From Wolbachia endosymbiont of Onchocerca ochengi (lineage in GTDB: Bacteria; Pseudomonadota; Alphaproteobacteria; Rickettsiales; Anaplasmataceae), in assembly GCF_000306885.1 (NCBI RefSeq), contig NC_018267.1, positions 180,001 through 212,000 on the forward strand: 32,000 nucleotides of DNA, written 5' to 3'. A program made the position numbers and the translations under genes. Below the pieces are notes generated by a model. That model ran no database searches, was not told the origin of the DNA, and saw only the letters and a program-made list of their open reading frames with translations. Of the stretch, positions 23,271-32,000 are shown piece after piece. Position 1 is the stretch's first letter, and the number at the start of each line of letters is the position of its first letter.

Positions 23271-24074
23271 TTAACTTTGAATTATATTCGAATCAATTAC
23301 CTTCATTCCTACTACATTATATCCTGAGTCAACGTGCAGAATTTCTCCAGTGGTGCCACTACTTAAGTCACTTAGCAAGTACAATGCTGCTTTTCCAATA
23401 TCCTCTATTGTGGTATTACGTCTCAGTGGAGAATTGTTTCTATTCCATTTTGATATGAAACAGAAATCACTTATTCCAGAAGATGCTAAAGTTCTGATTG
23501 GACCAGCAGAAATAGCGTTTACCCTAATATTTTGTGGTCCTAAGTCACATGCTAGATACTTTACACTTGCTTCAAGTGCTGCTTTACATAAACCCATAAC
23601 ATTGTAATTCGGTATAACCTTTTCAGCACCATAGTAAGACAAAGTAAGTAGACTACCAACATTTGGCATCATTTTTTCAGCCCTTTGTGCTAAAGCAGTA
23701 AAAGAATAGCACGATATATGCATTGCATTAAGAAAGTTGCTTAGTGAGGTATTAACATACCTATTACTCAATTCACTTTTATCAGAAAATGCAATCGCAT
23801 GTACCAAAAAATCAAGAGTACTCCATTTTTTTTCTATTACTCCGAAAACATCATCTATAGTTCCTTCATTTGCAACATCACAACTCAGTACTAACTCCAC
23901 ATTTAGCTCAGTTGCTATCGGTAATAGTCTCTCTTTTACAGTTTCATTTTGATATGTGATTGCAAGTTCTGCTCCATGCTCTAAGAGAGTTTTTGCTATG
24001 CCATAAGCTATTGATCTCTTGTTTGTTATTCCAGTTATTAACCCCTTTTTATTTTTTAATAAAGTCGTTGTCAT
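23271..24074 (-). CDS. fabI: Enoyl-[acyl-carrier-protein] reductase (NADH)
   Basis: 267 aa; GLITGITNKRSIAYGIAKTLLEHGAELAITYQNE, LVHAIAFSDK, LTLSYYGAEKVIPNYNVMGLCKAALEASVKYLACDLG, ISAGPIRTLASSGI. Confidence 0.97.
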   Translation of the reverse strand: MTTTLLKNKKGLITGITNKRSIAYGIAKTLLEHGAELAITYQNETVKERLLPIATELNVELVLSCDVANEGTIDDVFGVIEKKWSTLDFLVHAIAFSDKSELSNRYVNTSLSNFLNAMHISCYSFTALAQRAEKMMPNVGSLLTLSYYGAEKVIPNYNVMGLCKAALEASVKYLACDLGPQNIRVNAISAGPIRTLASSGISDFCFISKWNRNNSPLRRNTTIEDIGKAALYLLSDLSSGTTGEILHVDSGYNVVGMKVIDSNIIQS

Positions 24075-24284
24075 AGAACCATTTATTTTTTACAATTTGA
24101 AATACTAACTAAGCAAAGTCAAGGTGTTAACTATGTCTAAAAATAATTTTTTAAAGTTAAAGTAAATATACCATTAATCTTACAGATGAGCATGAGTTTT
24201 CAGTAAAAATAAAAGGGCAAAAAACTTTCAAATTTTCTCCTAGTTATGTAAAAATAACAAACTCCTTTATTTAGAACTGAAGTT

Positions 24285-25952
24285 TTGGTATCTTCACATT
24301 TTAACAATTCAAAATTAATGAATATAAATAAAAATGAATTTCTATTTCTTTCACTTGGAGGAGTAGGCAGGATTGGAATGAACGTTAGCCTATATCATTG
24401 CCAAGGTAAGTGGATTATGATTGATCTTGGTATTGGTTTTGCTGACGAAACCATGCCAGGCATCGAGCTACTCATTGCTGACGTAAGCTTTATTTCCCAA
24501 AGAAAAAAGGATTTACTCGGAATAATAATTACACATGCACATGAAGATCACTGCGGAGCAGTGCCTTATTTATGGAAAGAACTACAATGTCCTATATATG
24601 CAACAAATTTTACAGTTAACTTCCTCAAAGAGAAACTAAAGGAGTTTCAATTAAAAAGTATTGTACCTGTGAAAGAAGTAAATATAAATGGTAGCATAAA
24701 TTTAGGTCCTTTCACCGTTGAGTTTATAAATATAACTCATTCAATTCCTGAAGCACACTCAATACTAATTAGCACTAATGTGGGCAGTGCATTCCATACT
24801 AGCGATTGGAAATTTGATCCAAAACCTGTTGTTGGGCTAACCTCTAACATAGTTCGTTTAAAAGAGATTGGCGATAAAGGTAACCTACTTGCAGCAATTT
24901 GTGATTCAACAAACATATTGAGTAGACATGATCCTAAGTCAGAAGGTGAAATTTACAATAATATCTATAACATAATAAGACGATCTAAAAGGTTAGTGGT
25001 CGTGTCACTCTTCGCTTCAAATGTGGCGCGAATCGAAACAATAAGCCAGGCTGCAAAGGTACTGAATAGAAAAGTGGTTTTGCTTGGTAGATCTTTATGG
25101 AGAATAGTAAAAGTTGCACAAAACAGTGGTCATTTAATCGATTCTGTTCAGTTCTTCGAAGCAAAAGATGTGGTAGATTCGCCAAGGGAAAAGTTACTAT
25201 TAATTTGTACCGGCTGCCAAGGTGAGCCAATGTCAGCAACTTCAAAACTTGCCTACAATAAGCATCATTCATTTAAAATGCAACGAGGTGACACAATGAT
25301 CCTTTCATCAAAAATTATCCCTGGAAATGAAACTCGTACACATAATATGCTCAATGCTTTTATTGAGATGGGAGTGGAAGTTGTCACCGAAAAAACAGAG
25401 AATATTCATGCTTCTGGGCATCCAATGAAAGCAGAACTAAAGGAGATGTATTCTTTGATAAAGCCTAAAATATCTATTCCAGTTCATGGTGAGTATATTC
25501 ACACTCATGCACATGTAAAATTTGCAAAAGAGTGTGGTGTGGAAAAAGCAATAATGATTGCACCAGGCGATATTATTAACTTAGAGAACGGGGAAAAAGT
25601 TGATTCAATTGATGTTGATTATTTCGGTATTGATGGCATATTACTACGTTATCCAGAGAGTAATGTCATAAAAATGCGTAAGAGGATGAGGGATGCAGGA
25701 GCCATTGTAGTAACAGCAGTTGTTAACAAAAAAAATAAATTACTTGCTAAGCCAAAAGTGTTTACACCTGGCATTTTTGAAGCAACAGAAGATGCAGCTA
25801 TCATACAGAGAATCATAAAAGCGGTTGAATCAGCGTTTAGTTTACAGTCGACAAAAAAAATAAGAAGTAAGATTGAGAGCTCAATATTTAGCATCCTAAA
25901 GGAATATTTACTAAAAAGACCTATAATTAAAGTCCAAATAGAACAGATATAA
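24285..25952 (+). CDS. rnj: Ribonuclease J family metallo-beta-lactamase exonuclease
   Basis: 555 aa; GGVGRIGMNVSLYHCQGKWIMIDLGIGF, ITHAHEDHCGAVPYLW, GNETRTHNMLNAF, HASGHPMKAELKEMYSLIKPKISIPVHGEYIHTHAHVKFA. Confidence 0.94.
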   Translation: MVSSHFNNSKLMNINKNEFLFLSLGGVGRIGMNVSLYHCQGKWIMIDLGIGFADETMPGIELLIADVSFISQRKKDLLGIIITHAHEDHCGAVPYLWKELQCPIYATNFTVNFLKEKLKEFQLKSIVPVKEVNINGSINLGPFTVEFINITHSIPEAHSILISTNVGSAFHTSDWKFDPKPVVGLTSNIVRLKEIGDKGNLLAAICDSTNILSRHDPKSEGEIYNNIYNIIRRSKRLVVVSLFASNVARIETISQAAKVLNRKVVLLGRSLWRIVKVAQNSGHLIDSVQFFEAKDVVDSPREKLLLICTGCQGEPMSATSKLAYNKHHSFKMQRGDTMILSSKIIPGNETRTHNMLNAFIEMGVEVVTEKTENIHASGHPMKAELKEMYSLIKPKISIPVHGEYIHTHAHVKFAKECGVEKAIMIAPGDIINLENGEKVDSIDVDYFGIDGILLRYPESNVIKMRKRMRDAGAIVVTAVVNKKNKLLAKPKVFTPGIFEATEDAAIIQRIIKAVESAFSLQSTKKIRSKIESSIFSILKEYLLKRPIIKVQIEQI

Positions 25953-26444
25953 AACAAATGAAGCAACTAGTTAAAACCAATATCACTTCTTTAGTTGTTT
26001 TTGCCTTATTTTGCTAAAGCTGCTTTACACGGGCATAAAAAACAATGCTAGTAAGCACCGGCCTATTGTATCCAAGTGTACATGCAAACAAGGTCTAGAA
26101 AGCAAGTTAAAAGAAAATATTACAAAAGAGAATGATACATTAGTTACAATCAATTTAAGCAATGTATCAGACCATCATTTCATTTGTTTGATACATTATA
26201 AAAAGGAAGTCGTTAACTCATTCGACCATTTTTCTAGCAAAAGACTGGAGAAAAAATTAATTATCTTATTCCAGACATAATATATAATAAATTAATTAGC
26301 AAGAACATTTAAATATAAAGATAACATACATATTACTGAAGAAAAAGACAGTGACTATAGGTCTATATATAAAATAATTATTACAAATCAAGAATGAGAG
26401 TGATGTAAAAATACTTAACAAACAGCGATAAATCTGTGCCTACA

Positions 26445-26595
26445 CCTGGGTTTCCACTAAATGGAAAGGATATCGTTTACATCTCATACCTGATAGTAGA
26501 GGGTATATAACGTTGAAGAATCTGAAAGATGATACTGAGCTAATAGTTAGTATGTTCGAGGTAGTTATCTTTGCTCTAAAATTTTCTCCTAACTA
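26445..26595 (+). pseudogene. Possible decayed C-terminal fragment, perhaps CCA/poly(A) nucleotidyltransferase-like (very tentative)
   Basis: Two adjoining frames read VPTPGFPLNGKDIVYISYLIVEG and then GYITLKNLKDDTELIVSMFEVVIFALKFSPN*, resembling the 'FPxxGxDlxxxGxxpGxxxGxxLxxLxxxW' C-terminal pattern. Confidence 0.25.
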
Positions 26596-28318
26596 AATCT
26601 AGTTTAATCTCTCCTTTATCCAATGGTAAAACCAATATAACATATTATCTTTAGGTTTAAACAGTAAGTGTACAAAAAAACTACTAGAAGTTCAGAACTA
26701 TAAACACTTCTTTTTTTTTATTCAGATCAGAAATATATGGTCTTTAGTTTTTATGTAAGTGAAAGTCAGCAATTATATACCATTTATTTTGCTAAAAAAG
26801 TAAAAAACCGAGGAGAATTAGTTTTGGAAACAAGAAATATACCACTATACCTACTTAGTCTCAAAAAGGAAATTCTATAAAGCCTTTATGAAAATTCAAT
26901 CAAGAAAATTTTATATAGAGCTTATAAAGCTAGATGGCAAAAAAATATTTCCCTGAGAGAAGCATAAAATTGAATATCCAGATAGCTACCAAATAGCAGG
27001 AGAATTCTCTTCATAAAAACAGAATTACTTAAGCGAGTCTAAGACATATTTAGTGAATTTAGCAAAGAAAAATTACAAAATAATCTCTACCCACAAATGC
27101 CTATCTATATTAGACTAGCCTTATTTTGAACTATTAGTTGCTGGTTCAACTTCCTTGGAAAAAGTGGAAGATTTCAATAGTAATGAAGAATGGTGTGATA
27201 ATATTAGCCATTTACCTTTTTGTCTCACCTGCAAATTAATATGTAACAAGCACATAACTCTTTTTTACCTTTCAACTTAAAAGTATATAAACATGTATTA
27301 ACAGTCTTATTACATCCCAATGCTTATAATGTATGATTCAACTTCCACAGTTGGACGTCCAGCTAAGAAACTTTTAAAGTAGTCAACACGCTAAGCATTG
27401 GTTGTTCTAAGGTTAAAGAATAGAGTAGACAGCAGTATTATATCATCAGTATAATTAACATTAACCTTATAAGTACTCTAATTCTTAGTGAATCACTACA
27501 ACGATTAAACAGCACCTTTATATCTTAATCATTAGCTCTAACACAATTTCCACTCTTATTAAAAATTTGAATTATATTCGCTAAGAACATAACACTTAGT
27601 AACAAATTCGATACTAAAATAACTACTTTCCTAGATATTCCATTCTCTACATATCACTCTATATACATAAATTAAAAGTATTAACCTATAGCGCAAAAGT
27701 TAAAACAACTACAAAAGCAAAAAGATTATTGAAAGCCCCTGTTTACCTTTGAGCAACATTATCGAACAGACACACATTCTCTCACTGTGTTAGGTTTCGA
27801 TATTGATATCAGTGTCTATTGCAATAGAGGAGAATTGCCATTTTATAGCTGTTTCTATGTTAAAAATATTTTCTGAAGGTCCTTTTTTTGTTCTCTTCTA
27901 AAATCCTTACTGTAGTAGGTACTTGGTACTTGTATAGCAGTCTCTTTTGAAACAGTAGTACCCTTTCACTTTTTAAGTTTTTTTACAATAGCTTTTCCTA
28001 TTTTCTTGGATGCTTTCATGACATCTTCTTCTTTCTATCAAAACTTATCAAGCGAGTTGTGTAGTAGCTGAAACAAGAAATCGTAGAGTTAGAAAATTTA
28101 GTTGAAACAAGCGACAACAAAAAATCTTCTACTAACTCAATTAAATCTCATTTAACATACTTACTTCAATTTTTATTGTAAATTTTAACATGGTGTGTAT
28201 CCTCAAATAAATTAGTAATAACAAAATGCATTCTATACGGTTAGTTTTATCAAATTAACAAGCAAATACGAGTGGTTTCGTTTTTAGCATTATTCTCCAC
28301 TTGGAGTCTTAAATAGTC

Positions 28319-29620
28319 ATGTTGAAGGAACAAGATAAAATATTTACGAACTTAAATGGTAAAGAAACCCCACTGCTCAAAGACGCAAAAAAACGTGGTA
28401 GTTGGCAAAAAACAAAAGAAATATTAGATTTAGGATCTGAAAAGATTATTGATGAGGTAAAAAAATCTGGCTTAAGAGGGCGAGGAGGTGCAGGATTCTT
28501 TACTGGCCTTAAGTGGAGTTTTATGCCAAAAAATCCTTCAAAAGAACAACCGGTATATCTAGTAGTCAATGCAGATGAATCAGAACCTGGTACATGTAAA
28601 GACAGAGGTATATTAAGGTATGAGCCACACAAATTACTTGAAGGAATTCTCTTTGCTGGCAAAGCGATCAACGCATCAGCTGCATATATTTATATCAGAG
28701 GTGAATTTTACAACGAGTATTTAGTTTTAAAAAAAGCACTTGAGGAAGCCTACAAAGAAGGTCTGATTGGGGAAAATGCCTGCAAATCAGGTTATGATCT
28801 TGATATATTTATCCATAGGGGTGCAGGAGCTTACATATGCGGAGAAGAAACAGCTCAACTTGAATCAATCGAAGGGAAAAAAGGCTTCCCTCGTATAAAG
28901 CCTCCATTTCCTGCAGATATTGGACTTTTTGGTTGCCCAACTACAATAAACAACGTTGAAACTATAGCTATGGTTCCAGATATTTTGCGTCGCGGAGGAG
29001 GATGGTTTATGTCCCTTGGCAAACCCAATAATACTGGCACTAAGATCTTTAGTATTTCAGGACATGTAAATAACCCGTGCAATGTTGAAGAAGAGCTTGG
29101 AATCCCACTACGTGAATTAATTGAAAGATATGCAGGTGGAGTGCAAGGAGGCTGGAATAATTTACTTGCCGTGATACCTGGTGGATCTTCAATGCCGTTA
29201 ATTCCAAAGTCTATATGCGACACTATTGAAATGGATTTCGATTCACTAAGAGCCGTACAATCAGGACTTGGTACTGCCGCTGTAATAGTGATGGATAAAT
29301 CGACTGACGTAATAGCTGCAATAGAAAGGTTATCACACTTCTATATGCACGAATCGTGTGGGCAATGTACACCATGTCGCGAAGGCACTGGATGGATATG
29401 GAGAATCATGAAAAGGATGGTAACAGGAGAAATTAAGCCCGGTGAAATAGATAAGTTACTCGATCTTACAACTCAAATAGAAGGGCATACAATTTGCGCA
29501 TTTGGTGATGCTGCAGCTTGGCCAGTTCAAGGATTAATAAGACATTTTCGTCATTTAATTGAAAAGAGAGCACAATTTAGTAGAAGTTGTATAGGAATAT
29601 GTAGTTACGAAATAAATTAG
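28319..29620 (+). CDS. nuoF: NADH-quinone oxidoreductase subunit F
   Basis: 433 aa; [73 protein letters not shown]. Confidence 0.98.
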   Translation: MLKEQDKIFTNLNGKETPLLKDAKKRGSWQKTKEILDLGSEKIIDEVKKSGLRGRGGAGFFTGLKWSFMPKNPSKEQPVYLVVNADESEPGTCKDRGILRYEPHKLLEGILFAGKAINASAAYIYIRGEFYNEYLVLKKALEEAYKEGLIGENACKSGYDLDIFIHRGAGAYICGEETAQLESIEGKKGFPRIKPPFPADIGLFGCPTTINNVETIAMVPDILRRGGGWFMSLGKPNNTGTKIFSISGHVNNPCNVEEELGIPLRELIERYAGGVQGGWNNLLAVIPGGSSMPLIPKSICDTIEMDFDSLRAVQSGLGTAAVIVMDKSTDVIAAIERLSHFYMHESCGQCTPCREGTGWIWRIMKRMVTGEIKPGEIDKLLDLTTQIEGHTICAFGDAAAWPVQGLIRHFRHLIEKRAQFSRSCIGICSYEIN

Positions 29621-30126
29621 ATACAAAAACTACTTAATAAATTTTATCATTTCCCTTGTCAAGGTAGTAAAAATATTAAGTTATCTTCAATCTGTACATG
29701 TCAAATGATAAAAGTATCAAGTAGCTAGCGTTTCATGCATAATTTTTTATGCTACATGTAGCTTGTATCTTTATTAACTTTGCTCCTAGGTTTTCAGGTT
29801 AAAGCGCACTTATAAGTCGTTTAAAACAATATAAAATACCAATTTACAGAATTAGAGAGCTGGGGCAATTATCTACACAATTTCTTTAATTTTTCTTACT
29901 TAGCAAATTTTCTAAATATAAAGCAATCCATGTATAAAACATTTATTTTTGTAATAAGCAGTGTTATTCCAGTACGTGATCTAGAACCTAGTCTTTATTA
30001 TGTAGCTACTTGGTTAAAATCAAGTTCTCTGGATATTAGTGTCTGACTGCTTGAGATGATACTTTTCGAACATGATTTAAATTATAATATTTCTAAGGTT
30101 ATACTAAAATGACAAAAGAAAAGATA

Positions 30127-30768
30127 CTAGACCTTCTTACACCTTTTGCCATCAAATTCGCACAAATCATGAATTATGCACGCATCACACAATGGTTTTT
30201 GTGCTTTGCAAGTATATCTACCATGCAAAACTAGCCAATGATGAGCATAGAACAGACATTTCTTTGGAACTATATTTAAAAGAGACTGCTCTGTTTTAAA
30301 CACATCTTTTTCTTTCACAAGCCCAATTCTATTACTTACTCTAAAAACGTGAGTGTCAACTGCTAATGTCGGAATGCCAAGCCCCGAATTTAAGAACACA
30401 TTAGCGCTCTTTCTTCCTACTCCTGGTAAAGATAGCAAATCATTAAAATTTACAGGAACTTTACTATTGTACCGCTCAATCAATATTTTGCTGAGCTTAA
30501 TTATGTTTTTTGCTTTAGAATTATATAAACCGATGCTACTTATGTGTTTCTTTAGTTCACTCTGCCCAAGATTTAGTATTTTCTCTGGCGAATCAGCAAT
30601 ACTAAACAGTTCTTCTGTAACTTTGTTAACACTCCTATCAGCTGTCCGTGCTGATAAAATTATCGCAGTCAGCAACGTAAAGTGATTAGTATAATTTAGC
30701 TCTACTTTCGGTGTAGGGTTTGATTGGCTAAATCTTTCAAATACCAATCTTACTTTTTTCGGATCCAT
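30127..30768 (-). CDS. nth: Endonuclease III
   Basis: 213 aa; LTAIILSARTADRSVNKVTEELF, LLSLPGVGRKSANVFLNSGLGIPTLAVDTHVFRVSNRIGL, C-terminal 4Fe-4S cluster CKAQKPLCDACIIHDLCEF. Confidence 0.97.
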   Translation of the reverse strand: MDPKKVRLVFERFSQSNPTPKVELNYTNHFTLLTAIILSARTADRSVNKVTEELFSIADSPEKILNLGQSELKKHISSIGLYNSKAKNIIKLSKILIERYNSKVPVNFNDLLSLPGVGRKSANVFLNSGLGIPTLAVDTHVFRVSNRIGLVKEKDVFKTEQSLLNIVPKKCLFYAHHWLVLHGRYTCKAQKPLCDACIIHDLCEFDGKRCKKV

Positions 30769-32000
30769 TCATAGAGCTAAAAGCTTATGCTACATTGTTT
30801 ACCATATAAATTCAATTACCTAAAATCTAAACTGCTGTTTAGTGTTAACACTAGATAGGAACAATGTTTACTTCATCGAAACCTTTCAGCTAACTTACTA
30901 GTCACCTCCACAAAAAAACTTTTTAACAATAAATATAATCGATATTAATATCGATGTGAATCGCATACTATTTCAATAGATCAGTTTCTTTTAAACTCTA
31001 TCTTTTCGAGAAAACAAGAAACCAGAATTTCAATTATTACTGCCAATACAAACAAAGAAATAAGTATACTTATATCTACAGTTAATCTACTAGTAATAAA
31101 GTTCGCTGCCTAGCTAATAGCTCATTTTATTCTTGAATGCATTGTAGAAACTACACAATTCTTACACTTTTTCATAAACAAATCAGAAGCTTAATTAATA
31201 AATGATATTAAACGCTACCATCTACCATAAAAATAGTAATACTTGTAATAGTTAATAGAGCTAAAGGTAAAACACTAAAGTCTGAATAAATAGCAAAGAT
31301 TCTGTTTTACGAATTTTAATACCTAATACTTTTCTACCTTAATTACACTCTTACCTTTTTCTAAGAGAATTAATATGTTAAATAATTGCATGCCTAGCTT
31401 CTTTGCTTGGTACTGATTTAGTTTTTATACTAACCTTTTAACCTTTATTACTTCCTCGAAATAACGCAATCCTAGATCTTGCGAAACTTTCTCCATTCTA
31501 ACGATAAGTCAACTACATTTCTCAAGTCCTTCCTAAATCAGAGGTCTTTACTTTTCAACATAGACATTAATTCTGTGTGATTTCTTGCAACTACCTCTTC
31601 CAGTAATACTTAATTTCTTAAATATCTCTTTCCTATAATGAAACTGACACGTTGCTAAATGTCCTTCACTTTCAGCATTAACACTAACTTTAACGCAAGG
31701 ACTTTACGAAACTCTACAAAAGGCTAATACATTTTTCCAATTCTCAATAAGATTTATAAATTTAACCAAATCTACCCTTCCCCTACTTTATCAGGATAAT
31801 TTATAACACCAGTATTTTATATTACCCCTAGAAACTAACAAAAACTTGATAGCCTTCACCTACAACTTACCGAGCTTTTATTCCTAATACATTAAAACAA
31901 AAAACCACACCATCAACCTCTGGCTAATTTAACTTAAAAATATCAACTTACTACTATATCTATCCTATACAAACACTAGGGTACTTAAGTGTAGTACACT

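Noticed and set aside
25649-25966. 105-aa minus-strand ORF, and 24985..25272 minus
   Set aside because: Antisense overlaps of the rnj gene.
28855-29223. 122-aa minus-strand ORF (also 28309..28671 minus)
   Set aside because: Both are antisense to the strongly supported nuoF gene.

Overview
This 32 kb AT-rich window looks like an Anaplasmataceae chromosome, most likely a reductive Wolbachia. That placement comes from recalled protein similarity and gene content, not a search. It holds 20 supported protein-coding genes, 2 tRNAs and several long gene-poor stretches. Supported genes are a 5'-truncated cvpA-like gene, smpB, lgt, nuoD, a virB9-family gene, pdxH, mutM, pccB, ccmA, aspS, an MFS transporter, infC, thrS, nuoI, fabI, rnj, nuoF, nth and two small unknown genes. 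Supported CDSs cover only about 57% of the window. Manual translation of the gene-poor intervals shows that at least some are not random intergenic DNA. A decayed RluA-family pseudouridine synthase (rluC/rluD-like) lies at about 7103-7690 (-). A decayed comEC/rec2-like competence gene lies at about 8407-9200 (-). Weaker gene fossils occur elsewhere. A compact cluster of nested or adjacent perfect inverted repeats at 15194-15294 may be a structured RNA. I found no convincing new defence system, mobile element, CRISPR array or biosynthetic system. The genome-decay signal and the possible RNA are the most interesting observations.
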